Source of the DNA: Halocafeteria seosinensis
Taxonomy: Eukaryota
Assembly: GCA_001687465.1 (NCBI GenBank)
Contig: LVLI01000154.1
Coordinates: 124,001 to 164,348 of the forward strand
DNA: 40,348 bases
Reading direction: 5' to 3'
The translations under genes and the position numbers were made by a program. The notes beneath the pieces were generated by a model. That model saw only the letters and a program-made list of their open reading frames with translations, was not told the origin of the DNA and ran no database searches. This document shows positions 11,688 to 24,866 of the stretch, piece by piece. Numbering within the stretch: the first letter of the stretch is position 1; each line of letters begins with the position of its first letter.

Positions 11688-12664
11688 ATGAGCAACAGGA
11701 ATGTAAGCGACGATGTCGTGCATCGCCGCCTGGTTACCCGGGAGGCTGATTTCCTCCTCCAGCACTCTGTTAAAAAGTGCACAACTCTCTATTTAGACTA
11801 CTTAGAATCGATCATGAAAACGGAGGATTCCAAGGATACAAAGTAAGAATGATGCCCGTTGGAGTTCCATTCCTATTGCAGCAGCTGCATGCATTTCATG
11901 AGGCGTGCAGAGATATCGATCAAGCCTATGAGCAATTAATGAGCGAACTATCTCAGTATGAGTTCACTATGGACAAGGATCTCAAAGTCCTAAAACGATG
12001 TGATCAAGAAATCGAGTACTACAAGGAGGAATCAGATAAGATTAGTATGTTGTTTGTTACATCGTCTATAAACAGAATCACCAAGAATGATGGTTTCTAC
12101 CTGACCCTTGCAGAAAAACAAATTACAGAAACAGAACAACATATACGAGAATTGCGTGTTCAATTAGAGCAATCTCAGAGAGAAAGGTTATTCAAGCATG
12201 ACTACGAGTCTCTTGCCGAGAAAATCAATCAGTATCCTCCGAGGCATGAACTTCAGCAGTAAGTCCAACTCTGGTTCAGAAATACGTGTTGTCGAACAAC
12301 TTTATTTTCATTTTTATGCAGGCAATATGATGAAGCTCTAGCACAATTGAACCAGGTACAAGGCGAGAAAGAGCGAGTAGAGAAGTCGCTCGAGGAACGC
12401 AAAACACAGTTTAGTCTATTCATGAGCTCAATTGTCGAACTCAGACAATTGTTACAGGTAAAGTTGTCGATCCCGCACTTGGATGGTTATAGTTTGCCTA
12501 ATAGGAGACGCATTGTTGCTCGTTTGCAGCCGCAAGCTGATTCTTCTGGCGAAGTTGTGGGTGAGGTTGGATCAGCTGATAGTGCTGGGGGTACTGGGGG
12601 AGCCAATGAAGAAACAGCAAGTGCTGCGCTGCCAGCGAATGAAGAGGATGTGAAAATGGAATAA
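11688..12664 (+). CDS. THOC7: THO complex subunit 7 (Mft1-like); exons 11688-11842, 11911-12044, 12114-12258, 12322-12457, 12530-12664
   Basis: N-terminus MSNRNVSDDVVHRRLVTRE, coiled coil with EIEYY...IRELRVQLEQSQRER...YESLAEKINQYPPR and RKTQFSLFMSSIVELRQLL, as in THOC7. Four GT-AG introns (68, 69, 63, 72 nt). Confidence 0.85.
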
Positions 12665-13672
12665 AAGCAGGACGAAAGAGTACCTACGTCACTTGATACG
12701 AACGGCACCGTAAACAACAACACCGAAGATCGTTCATCCAGTACGGAACTCCCAATATTACAACCGTAGGAGGCTTCGGAATCACTTATGTCAAGTAGTG
12801 ATTGTACGAACTAATTGGAGAAGCAAGTGCCTGAATTGGACTTGCTATACTATTAAGTTACTGAAACCAGCACGCTGACTTAGAAACTTGTTCTACCAGG
12901 AAGTCTCTTTTGTCGCACCTCTTCTACCACTTGTGGTACTAAATATGGACAGCTCATTATTTTTGGACATAGTGATAGTACCGGGAGTTTCATCCCATTT
13001 TTTTATTCTACCTGGTACTTTTAGAGGTGGTGCTCTTCTTTGTTCCCTCGCCAGTAAGAAGATATTAGCAAGTGCCACCACTTCATGGTCTTCACATAAG
13101 TTGCTTGCAGGTATTAGAGCCTATTGTAGCATACACCAAGGAGTGATATCCAAAAAACTTTGGGGCGGGTCGGCATGGCGACGCGGCACGGCCCACGACC
13201 GCGACACTAGACGCAATGCGGGACCACCCCAGGGTGCCTCCGGCCGAATACTAAGAAAAAACTCCCCGTATTGGAGTACCACCGATACACCATGGGTCCA
13301 ACATGATGGGTATATAGGGGTTTGATCCCTCTCCTCTTTGGTCTTGTTTTCCGTCTGTATTGTATCATAGAGTCTGGATAACGCGATAGCAAAACCCGTT
13401 TGCCCTGTCCTTTTTGTTGTTTCTTCAAGGGCCCCCTTGTCTCGGTCATACCTCATCTGTCAGGACCGCTCGGGGACCGTCTACGTCTCAGTTCTTTTTC
13501 TTTGATATCTCACAGCCGAGATACAATATGCCTATTCTGGTCACTTAGTCTGAAAGAGAAAAGACTGGTGTACGGACCTTGCAGAAACGGTCTGAAAGTC
13601 TAACGTTCGTTGTGCGAATTTTAGGCACTATTTGAAGTCTGGTTGAAGCTATTCTGGAAGAAACGAGCGGCC

Positions 13673-16530
13673 ATGCAGCGCAATAAGATGCTTTCCTGGC
13701 TCAAAAGGAAGGCCTCAAACAGCGATAGGAAGCTATCGGATGCAGAGACGGATGTCGAATTCATCGAGCCCTCAACCGAAGATACCTTCAACAGCACAGG
13801 CTCGGCGGAGCCTGTACATCGTCAAGTGGACGGCGGATTCTCCAGCCGGAGGACATCTTCCGTCAGCTCTGCAGAGACCCTGAACGCTCGTTCACGATAT
13901 CTACACAAGGGAATTATCCCTCCGACGCTCGAGCATATGGCTGATAACCCGATGGTGGCGTCGAATGGATCAAGCTTAACGAGCACCCACCGTCGACGAA
14001 AGGCTTCCATGTCAATATCCTCCACCGGAAGTGGGGGAAGTCCAACCCATAAATCATCCACATTTGGAGATACTTCGGAAAACTTCCCTGGGTCCAATGC
14101 GGATACGATCCGCTTGGAAAATCGAACAGCATCAGGGACTTCCCTGAAGAAGGATAGAAGAAATTCCCCGAAGGCTATCAGTGTCCAGATGCGCACTTCT
14201 TCGGGCACCACTCTCAAGAAGATGGAGGAGGGTTCGTCCACAGATTCTTTCAAGAATTTCGAAGGGTCAAAGGAAAAAAGCCCAAATTTATTGTCAGGGG
14301 CACCGAACTTGCGTGCTCCTAATTCAGCTGCCGCGTTGGTTCGAAAGTACCCGTGTGCACTGGGTGGAAGTTATATGGGCCTTCCGTCCCAGATCATTTT
14401 GCAGTTTCTCTCCATTGACGATTGGAAAGCACTACTGCAAGTTAGTAAAAAGGTAAGATCTTTCCGACGTTTGGACTGTTTCAAAGGTTTCAGGAACGGT
14501 GATTCCTGGTGTTTCCATATATATTACAGGCTGCGTGCGGGATGCTTTTTGAGTTTTTGGACCCTTGTCCTACACCGCAGTCTGTAATCAATGCAAGTGC
14601 TTTTACGAGTCAGTGTGTATCGTGGATTCGTGAGATTCAATCGGCCCCTACGAAGGGTGAAAAGAGGAAATACGTGCCCATCCAACTTCTGCGGATCCAT
14701 TGCGTTTCATTGTGTTGTCGCCGAGGGGATGTGGGGGAAGCGAAGTCACTGCTTCAACTTCAGACCCCGAACCCTGTCGGGCTGCGTTTCGAAGCAAGTC
14801 CAGACGAGCATCTGTTTGCCCCACTGCTTCAAGCCGCGCGTTTAGAGAGGAAAGCCCAAGTGGCACACGAGGTGCTGCAGGTGATGAAGGGTCGTCATTG
14901 CCAGGCGGATATAAGATTCTGGAACTCCTTATTAGCTGCTCTAAGCAGCAACATTGCGTTTTATAAGCACATTCCGGATACCATCGAAGAAATGGATAGG
15001 ACAGGTGTGAAGGCTGATGCAACTACTTGCAAGTTACTACTGCAAGTGATAACAGCCTTCCATACAGGTAGGTGCGCAAACTTGAGTCTTCGTCTTATGA
15101 TCTTAATTTGATTATCTTCGGCTGCAGATATTCCTCGAGAGCAACGTGCTAGCTCGACGTTCCTGGCTGCAAAGCGTACTGCGAAGTATTGTTCTCGTAA
15201 GCTGCAAGAAGTGCTGCCAAAACGGTCACAGCCAAGTGTCCGCAAAAAAGACACAGAGGATGCCAAAACCCGGCGATACAGTACAATGTACGGAACAAAT
15301 GCCGCAGATGAAGACCATCCCTCGGATTCCAAAGAAAATGGCTCTGTGGATGACGGGGCGACACAGATCTGCTACATAAACGATGTACCCCATACGGTGG
15401 TATACACGGTAAACCCAATGGTTAAAGCTAATGTAGACTGTCGCGAAACCGACGACGTTGAAGACGAAGAGAAGCTGTTCTCGACCTATTTTCAATCTCC
15501 TTGGTTTGATAGTTCAGGTGTTCCCAGTTACCGACCGCTGTCTACCATTGAAGCGGTAACCTATGGGGAAACTGCTGACGAAGATGACGACGCCGATAAC
15601 AGTGCAGCTACTCAATCTCCCCTTAGAGAAGCAGCAAACTCACTTGAAAATGCTTATTTCCTTCTTCCCTCGGGAATTGTAGACTCGGATGAAGTTGCAA
15701 GATGCCCAGTGACTCCGGAGCGTTCTGTGGAAGATGCATACACGTCCGACTCCGTGTCAGTGCAGACAACGACAACAACGACCTCAGAGTTCAAACCCAT
15801 TAACGTCGACAACGACACTTCCCTGCCTGCTTCTGTTCAAAAAATAGTGGAAAGCGCGAAGATGTCTCTGCCGTCCCGCCGGAATGAAGGTCTATTGCCT
15901 ACCCCGACTGTAAATGCGGCATACAGCAACTCTGCGCGACGTAGTAGCTACATAACCCCGCAACCAATAGAGAAACCGGAGCAAGCTCATCGATGGAGCA
16001 AGGTATCAAACCGGAGCGTATCGTCGTTTGGAACCTCGTCGCGCACGATACAAGAGAATCCTCGTGAGGATGATGACACAGTCGCTGGTAACTGCAGCGA
16101 ATATTCGGACCCATCAGGTCGCCGACTCAGTAGCTTCTCTAGCTCGCATATGTCAACCGACTGGATACAATCCTCACAGCGTAGCATCACATCGTATCGT
16201 TCGAGTGCGACCTGTTCCGAACATGACTCTGTAGATGGCGCAATGTCCATGCATTCACAAGCAAGCAACCCACGCGTTTATGACCCTAGCTTCTTGGCTC
16301 AATCTTATTCGTATCGATCCACTGATGGAAATGGTTTCAACTGGATGGATCAAAGAGTTCAAAATCCAGCTGTAGCAGTAGCTCAGAGGACTGGTGGCTT
16401 GCTGCCTCCTCCTTCGCCGAGTCATAGGAACAGCATGTTATCTCCAGGGTGTCCCGACAACCAGTTCGGTCCGAAGCGGTCTCAGCAGAGCCGTCGACGT
16501 CGCGTTAGTGTGCGGAACAGCGTATATTGA
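13673..16530 (+). CDS. Uncharacterised protein: Ser-rich disordered ends, F-box-like motif, about three PPR-like repeats; exons 13673-14452, 14530-15067, 15128-16530
   Basis: Three long ORFs join in frame through GT-AG introns (77, 60 nt). LPSQIILQFLSIDDWKALLQVSKK is F-box-like. DEHLFAPLLQA...MKGRHCQA and DIRFWNSLLAAL...MDRTGVKA are 35-36 aa PPR-like units. Confidence 0.75.
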
Positions 16531-16555
16531 TACTGCGTGTATTGATATTGATATC

Positions 16556-19500
16556 TTAATCCACTTCTGTAAGAAACGGAGATTTAATCACTATACTTCT
16601 ATTTTGCAAACTGTTTAAGAATCTTTCATTCCGTGACAATGGCCCTTTACCACATTCAGTACTGGCAGTAGTACTTCCGCTTGCTGTTGTCCTAGTTTTT
16701 TCAATGGTCTCGACTTGTTTTTTGTCAATTTTCTCCAGCTCTGCATACTCCTGTAGCACACTTGACATGCTGGACTGACTCACAAGTTTCCTTGCTTGTG
16801 GGGAACTGTAGCGCTTGACTGTCCTAAGTGCATTAGATGAGGTAACGAAAAAGTTATCTCGAAGTCGGCAAAGGTAAGGAACAATCGGCATAGCACTGAA
16901 GGCTGGAAATGCGGTACAGACGAAGCAGTAAAGTATCATTACGTCAGAGGTCTTGCTCATCTCTTCACCTTGCTGACGCACTGCATTTTCGCTATTCTGC
17001 CTCGTCGGCGAAAGTGGCGAGGATCTGAGACTGTGCGTTCCTCCTTCCGTAACCCTGCCGGTACGGTTCTCTTCTAGAGTCGCCAGTACCTTGGCGGAGT
17101 CTAGTTCCAAACATTCTGGAAAGTTGAGTGTAACGTGTCGCTTCTTGTCGAACAAGTTGTCCACGACGGTAGAAGCTGTTTCAGCTGCAGCCGTCAAGGC
17201 GCTATCCATGAGCGTGGGATTCGATCCCAAATAGCATGAATAATTTCCAGTAATATCGGCAAGTTTCATGTTCTCTGAACGAACAGACTTCGAAAGAGAA
17301 GTTTTTCTCTGGCGATACGCTGTAAACCTTTCAAACGCAGTGCGGACTCTGAACGCTTCTTCCGCCTCCACCAGAGGAGCAATTGAGCTGTTCAATCTGG
17401 AAGGGTCAAACAAAGCAGCTACAAATGAATCCAGTTGTTGGGCCAAGGGAAGAATCCTTGGCACGGCGTATGGCATTCTCGCTGCCTTCCGCAGCTGTTC
17501 TCTGTGCACCAATGGCAAGCAGCATAAAGCACAGAGTGTTGCAAGCTGTGGGGTCTTCATCGGTTTGGAGACATTTATCCAGTCATCAAGCTCAAAAGGA
17601 TTAGAGAATCGGTTCCAATACCGTTCTATACCTCTTTCGAACTTCGACCAGTCAGCGAAGGTCGCCCGAATTGAAGCTTCCAACACTGCGAGACAATCAT
17701 GTGACATTCTGCTGCATGAAACGAACAAACGGACTATACAATAACGTACCTGTTTTCAGAAACAGCAAGTATAATGCTCTCAATCGTGTACCAGCTTTTC
17801 CCCAGTTGCTGAAGTAATAATCGAGGTTTCCATATAGTCGATTTACTTTTTCCGATATCTCCTCCAAACTTGCATAGCCCTCCCTGCTATCAGGAAAGTT
17901 CTGCGGAAGAGCACCATCCACGTGTCTACGTAAAATCTTCCAATACGCCGCTATAGTTAAAGTGTTGATCAATTCTTGGGAACTTTTGCTCTTAACTAAT
18001 TTATGAAGACGGGTGCTGTACACATTCGAACATTGGTCTGGAGGGACAAAGAGAGAGTATTGACTGGCGCGTCGTGTTTCCGTAGACTTTGTTGGTGGTT
18101 CCGGTACTGCACCGCTGAAATCTTCAGAGGGGAAGAGTTCATCCATCGGAATCATGGATATGAAGTTATCGCACAGTATGGCGAGTCTTTCAAAAGAGAT
18201 AGATAAGTCTTTATAGTTCAACACTGAACGCACAGCTTTCGTCTGTGCGTGCCGAATGAGCCGGACTCCCGAGTACTGGGTATCGTCTAGAGACAAGATT
18301 TGATGGCGGGGATCGTCTGTCCTTGAATGGTATTCATTAGCCAGCCATGAGCTCAAATGTTCTTTTAAATAGCGAACATCGTCGGCGAAACGTTTTACCA
18401 ATTCATCAACGGGAACTGGAGTTGGAGCTGGACTCCATCTCCCTCTGTCAGTTTTTACTAGTAATAGCTCTTCCAGTTCATCAGAAGTCAGTATTACATG
18501 CTTAGCCTCTTCAGTCAATGACAATGGGTCAACTTTTAGAGAACTATCGTTTGTAGGACTCTCTTCTCTCAATGCGTTAGCTATGTCACGAAGTTCCGAC
18601 CGAGTTAACTGAATCTTTGTTCCTGTTCCTACCCTCTTCGTAGACGATAGCTTGACAGTGCTCTGTGCCGCAGACTGGCCACTCATGTTTACGGACAAGT
18701 CGAGCCCCGTGTCCCTCTTGTTTGTTTTTGCATTCCCAGACTCCTGGTGCTCCGTTTCTTCAACTACGCTGTCCTCGTCATCAGAGGAGTCACCGGCATG
18801 CAGATCTGTTGTTCCTTCGAAGATCCCAGGGTTCATGGCGAAGGACAATTTAGAGGATCTTTTCTGGTTTAAATGCCGTTCTTCCTTAACAACTGTCTTT
18901 ATACGGCTCTGGAATCGCTTCAAATTTGTTGGAGAGCTAGCGAGTTCCTTCGAAATTTCATTCCTTATGGAACTGGTGTTCCGATATCCTTCGTTTTTGC
19001 CTTCGGGTGCAAATCCTATCGAAGAGTCGCTCCTTGTGCTTAAACAGCCCCTCGGAGATTCTAGTGGGTTTTCGCCAACAGCAACGGCCAACGGATCCTT
19101 TTTCAAAGTTGAGGGGATGAAGCCTTTCGCCAATTCCTGCTGCTTACTAGATCCTTCATACAATGACCTATATCGCATCAATTCTGATACGTTCGAAGGG
19201 AACAAAAACATCGCATGTACGGATTTCATCGATTGCAGTGTGTCTCCAAGCTTGTAAACTCTATCTGCGGATTTCTCCTCAGGAGCTGTACCTAGATTAA
19301 GATCTTGTTGGAAGTTGTCAATGTTAGTGCTGGCAGCACTAGCTCTTCTCGGCATCCTAACTTTCTTGCTAATTGTATGATTAGGCGTCCATGGTTTTTC
19401 GGTATTCGCTGAAGATGATAGCATAGCGTAAATCTTACCAGCGAAAACATTGTAATGAAGGGGGTCTTCTTGAATTGCATCAGCGTAGCACGTTCTCGTT

Positions 19501-20072
19501 TGCGGTTTACAGTTCTTGTCCTGCTTGTAACGAGCCGCATTTTTATCGGCAAAATTTAAACTTTCTCGTATTCCGGATTCATCCAAGGGTGCTTTTATAG
19601 GCACGATACCGCCAAATCCGCGAATAGGTTTCCGGTTGCTGAATTTCAGATAGAAAACATTATAGAATTAATTAATGCTTGAGGTCGGTGGGACTTACGC
19701 AGAACTGAATCCGCGATGGATCAGCGTATGAGATAGAGATGCCTCTTGATGAGGGGATCGGAGTCCCATTAAGTTTGCCTGGAATAACCCGCGTAACAGA
19801 GTTATTTACTATCATTGAACTTTGTTTCCATGGGGTCTTACCTGGAAGTGTACAAGACTGTTGTGTTTCTGTACCATTTCTCTCATGAGGTCATTGCGGG
19901 GACGCATAAGTTTGCTGTTACTGTATAACACGCGCATTCGAGAGCTTTTTTCATTCACACACCTGCCACAATTACCTCGGAGCACTTACAGGATGGTCTC
20001 GACATCTTTCGAGCAGTTGGTTCTGCGGGTTTCTCCGAGGCTCCCAACCTCGGCATCTTGTGGCCGTGGCAT
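16556..20072 (-). CDS. Hypothetical protein, about 1,090 aa; exons 20072-19990, 19920-19842, 19778-19699, 19638-17750, 17685-16556
   Basis: Long ORFs (635 and 390 aa) plus three small upstream exons are joined by phase-compatible GTA...CAG introns (69, 63, 60, 64 nt). I recognise no family. Confidence 0.75.
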
Positions 20073-20307
20073 TGCAGTCGGGTTCTTGCGTAGAGAAAGG
20101 AGAATAGAAATTAGCTGTGGATGCAGAATAGTCAATGAAATAGCGCTGCTGGGGCATGCTAGGGCAATGCCCTATACGACGAACGCGCCAAATTAAGTAA
20201 AGAGTAAGTATACGTAGTTGCAACTTTTCGGGAAGAACGGTAATAAAGCATCGTTTGGATCATACACGCGACAAAGGTAGCTATTTTATCAATTCAATGA
20301 AATCTGT

Positions 20308-22954
20308 TTACACTTTGTTAGTTGTAGCACTTTCGTTTGTGGCCGAGGAGGAGACCGTCTCGAAGTTGAAGGAACTCTGGTCCAGCAAGAACTTTTGGCT
20401 TTCTTCTGCTGTAGGCTTGATCCAGCCCATTTCGATCATGGCAAGAAGCATCATTTCCGCTTCATCCTTCCGGCACATCACATTCAGTCGATTTACCCCT
20501 TTCCAGCATGATATCATCAGAGGTCTAACGCAGGATACCCCATCGGTGCTCTTCGCCCGGTAACACGCCGGTGTCGCTCCTGCATTTTCTGGTTTGTCCA
20601 AGTACGAATTTTCAGAATCAGCATCTAGGACAGCTACAAAACAACCCAATGTCAAAGATTCAAGGGTGCTCTCAAAGGATTTGCTATATTGGTTAAATGG
20701 AACAAAGTCTCCAATTCTTCGTAGCATAGTAGTGAAGTCGGCAGTGTTTGTGACTACCCTTCGAGCTCCGACATAAGGGGCCACCATATGAATGCCTTCT
20801 GAAGAAATTCTATGTATCGTCAAATAGTCTGTATTTACGGATTCATCCGTTACTTTTTTCGTCCGAGACGTAGGAGCAACAAGAATGGGGACTCCAGCCG
20901 ACATGAGACGCAAACTGCCCTTTTGCTGCCCGTTTAAGCAAAGCCGCGAGAGACTTTCTGACACCATGTAAACCTTTTTGGAAGTCGATTCTCTCACGTA
21001 AAGTTCCTCAATCGGAAACGAGTCCTTCAGTCCATAGAATTGCTTGATACTCAGTTTAAGCGGTTTCGGTGCTTCCATATACTTTGGTAATTCGTATCGA
21101 CCCGTTAAGGCTTCAGCCTCAGGTTCTTGCCCCTTCAATGGCTCATTGCTCTTTCCCGTCGCACGGACTTGCTGTTTTGTTTCCAGACTTCCAGCAGCTG
21201 CCGAAACATCAGAAGGTACCACCGTTTCCCCATTAGACGCCTTTTCCTTGATGTCTTTGTACTCATGTAGTTCCTTTGGTCTTTCGACAATTGCAGCCGA
21301 ACGATTCCCTAAAGGTTTCGTCTTTTTCAATAAGCATACGAAAAAACCACCAGTATTCGAATCTTGCGGCATTAAACGCAAGCAACGATTCAAATTCAGT
21401 CTTTCAGCCTCAGCTGCCGCAGGTGGAAACATAGTCGGAAGTAGTCTGTGAGCACTTCTGCTCTTGGGTTCCCGAGTTTCATTTTCATCTTCATTTTTCT
21501 TGTTCTTAAAGATCTCTTCGGACTCTTTGGCAACAGAAAGTGCCTCTTCTGGAGGTAACATGAAGCAGAACATTATTTCGATCAATAGGTTGACACGGTA
21601 ACAACAGCGAAGCTAGACCAACTTACCATAGTTAGTGTACTCATTCATCTGCTGGTCGATCACTTTCCACGACTTCAGTCCTTCACGATGTTTTAAGCCT
21701 GAATGACACCATAAGCAACATTTATGTATCTGTTCAGTGCATACCATTTTGATCTTAATAAACAAATGCATCTTTACCTTCCAACTTGTCTGAACAATCG
21801 ACAATCTCTACCGCGCCTTCAGTTCTGCTGAGAATCGTCTTAACGACAGCCTCATCTTCAATCGGATTAAACGTACAAGTACTATATACCATGAATCCCC
21901 CAACTTTAAGCAGCTCCAAACCTCGAAGAGCTATTTGGATTTGTAATTTATGCACTCCTAACCCCAGGATAGGATCCCACCGTCTCCATAAGTCGGGAGA
22001 CTTACGAAGCGTTCCATCTCCGGAACAAGGAACATCACATAAAACCCGTTCAAATACACCCTCTTCCAACGTACCAGAAGTCGAACTGTTGCCAGCAACT
22101 GAATTAATTTCTTTCAAATTTGGAAAGCGTTGCCCATCATGACATGTCACAGCTAAAGCATTAGATCCAATGCGCTTGCACTGATGGATCAACATGTAGG
22201 CTCGCTTGGATTCGTTGTCGTTAGCGATCACCAATCCCGTCGGCATAGAATCATCGTCAATACCATTAGTATGCAGAGATTCTAGTAGTTGCATTGTTTT
22301 GCTTCCAGGAGAGGCGCACATGTCAAGGACCTTGTGGTCACTCTTAACATCTAGTAGTAACGGAGGAATCATGCTCACTGCTTCTTGACGGCTAATGTTT
22401 CCCACACTAGTCTGAGTGACGAGCCATTGATGGAAAGGTTTGGTCACCGGGTTTTTCTTCAAATCGCTTCGAGTCATGTTGATCTGCCATGCCATACCGT
22501 TCGGGTACCAATCTAAACTGAATGGCCGCGTGATATCCTCCTCCTCCGCGCTGGTCTTGGAAGTATCCGAGCTTGACGTCACCCCAGCCGATACCACGGG
22601 AGTAGTGCCAGCTCCCACTTTATGTCCACGTTCATAGCCTTTGAAATGGAATTCATGCTTCAGGCGGTAATGAATCCGCGAGGAGGCGGCAGACAAGGGA
22701 TTAATCCGGAAGCACACAGGCAAGGAAGTGCGTAAGCACTTCATGAATTGGTTGAAATCCTCTTCATCGCGGAGAATCCCTTGCTTGCGATAGTACGTCT
22801 CGAAACTCTCATTGACGAATTGGGACGGATCGTCGTACCGTGCGCGCTTGGGATCATTACCTCCCGTCCCGTCATCGACTTGCTTATCGCCTCCTTTACG
22901 CTTCCCTCCACGTCCACGTCCCCCGCGCCCTCGTCCACGACCGCGGCCTCCCAT
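20308..22954 (-). CDS. NSUN2: tRNA (cytosine-5)-methyltransferase, NSUN2/Trm4; exons 22954-21778, 21698-21627, 21548-20308
   Basis: Motifs GNISRQEAVSMIPPLLLDV, VLDMCASPGSKTMQL, FERVLCDVPCSGDGTLRK, MVYSTCTFNPIEDEAVV and NTGGFFV. RGG-rich N-terminus. Introns of 79 and 78 nt. Confidence 0.94.
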
Positions 22955-23417
22955 TCTCACGCAATACAAGTGACCACAGAGGGTTCTCTCCTCTGCTCTC
23001 TCTGAAGTGGTTTACTCTAGCTCATGCGCACACGACAAAGCAAAAGTGTCGTGGGGAATGAGGTGAAATGGACTAGTTCACGCTTGCTTCGTGGAGTCAG
23101 TCAGTGGCATCTTCAAGATGGGTAAGGAAGCGAGGAAGTGTTAACCCCTGACCGAAAGGGTGGATGGTGAAAAATCAATTCTTCTGACAAGTAAATTGCT
23201 AGTGGTTAAGTATTACGCGATATTTGAGAAGAGAGGTTCTCAGTTCTTTCTTCCAGGTATACCACCACTGGCTACGTCCCTGAAGATTCACTCGGTAGCT
23301 TCCTTTTCAGATAGCACACCTTCGGTGCAATTGTATTCCCCAGTGTCCATTAATATCCTTCTGTAGACAAAGCCATAAGGCGCAACTTACTCTCATGTTA
23401 TAAGCTTTGTGTAAGCA

Positions 23418-23437
23418 TCTAGTTCTAGTTCTAGTTC
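23418..23437. repeat. Short hexamer tandem repeat (TCTAGT)x3
   Basis: The sequence tctagttctagttctagttc is seen directly. Confidence 0.6.
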
Positions 23438-23599
23438 GCTGGAATATCCCATAAGCAGTAACAACTTCCAAAACACAGGATTCGGTGGGCAGCACACGAG
23501 CCGCGTGTGACGCTAGAATGTGGTCCCAATATGGAGTTCTCTATTTGATTTCGGAATCGGGCCACCTACGGTGCGACAGGATTCTTGAATCAAAATGTG

Positions 23600-24866
23600 T
23601 CACCATTGGACCACAACTAGTTTGAGCACATCATGTGTCAATATTCCCAATCCAACTATGTACAAAATGTGCCACAACTGATGGCTATTTCCAACGTAGT
23701 CGAATACATTGGGGAACAGCCGTTCAGGTGCCTGTCAAGGAATCACGGTTCAGCACAAGATCGTCATATGTACGTACAAATCAATTCGTACCTTGCTCTT
23801 GAAAACAGCTATCCCCCCAAACGTAAAAATTGCAAATGCAATTGCATTATGCTCATCCCCCAAAGCCATGTACAGCTTATGATGAAACATGTATGCTTTC
23901 GTCACTAACAGTGCCGGTAAGACGTTCAATGTTAGGAGCCAGATGGGCGCTTCGCGTCTCATCCGTATACGAAACATAAACACTATCAACATGCAAAAGC
24001 AGCTGTAGCACACAAATAAAACTAGACCATGGTGGTTTGCGGTGATGTCGCTTATCCATTTCTCGTCACTGCTCATAGTGTGAAGAATTACGTTCTCAAT
24101 CGCCGCTATTTGCTTCTCCAACACGGAAGAGATGCGCATCAAATAGCCTTCGGATTCTCCGACATTTAGGTAGTTCATAGTATGTGGCAGCGGCCATACT
24201 CCCACACGTGCTGCAGCCTGCGTGGTATCAAGCGCCTTATATTTCAATCAACGTTCGTATTGCCTAGGAATTCTAGCTGCACTTACCAAGGAGACAGCCA
24301 TTGCGAGGGCACTGAGACTTACTCCCACTAGGTCACAGGCCGACGCGAAATGGTATAACGACGCAATTGTACACACGGTATGATAGAACAAGACACAGAC
24401 CATTCCCACAAAATGCAGCGTCTGAGCGAATATAAGGAGAGGGCGAGCCCCATCCAGCAAGCACTCGTTGGCTTTCGAGTCCGAGTTCGCTGAACAATCC
24501 TCATATCTGATAAGATGCAGGGCAATGTATAAGACCAAGATCGCTTGCAACGTAGCCGTATAAATATTCAACGTCTCATTGGTCAAAGAACTCCAGTGCT
24601 CCACTGCAGAATCGAAATGAAGGATAAAAAACTTCTTGCGTTATCTCCGAAGTGAAGAGGCACGTACAGGTTTCCTTGAGAGACTCGTGAGTTCTGTAGC
24701 CTCGCAGTATCCACCTATTCTTTTGGCTGACGGGAGAGATCAGCAGCTTCCGAGTGCCATGGTGGCCTGTACTGGTGGTAGCATGGCAGTTCTCCGCCGA
24801 TGTCGCTGCGAGGTGAGAACCCTGTGAGGACGTTAAGGCAGATTTCGCTCGGCTTCGAAGCTCCAT
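23600..24866 (-). CDS. PAQR / AdipoR / haemolysin-III family 7TM protein; exons 24866-24668, 24603-24287, 24217-23792, 23731-23600
   Basis: The spliced product contains NRWILRGYR, NETLNIYT, FYHT, CDLVG and the PAQR C-terminal hallmark PERLFPNVFDYVGNSHQLWH. Introns are 64, 69 and 60 nt. Confidence 0.88.

Noticed and set aside
12662..12769. 34 open codons after the THOC7 TAA, suggesting readthrough or a reassigned stop
   Set aside because: TAA, TAG and TGA all end conserved genes in this window, the context is not a readthrough motif, and an open run of this length is common by chance.
23021..23062. Hairpin cacgaca/tgtcgtg with ctcat/atgag upstream of NSUN2
   Set aside because: The stem is short, there are no snoRNA or snRNA boxes, and it is compatible with chance.
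24248..24250. In-frame TGA between two abutting same-frame ORFs, suggesting selenocysteine or readthrough
   Set aside because: It lies inside a 69-nt GTAAGT...CAG intron (24286-24218) of the PAQR gene, so splicing removes it.
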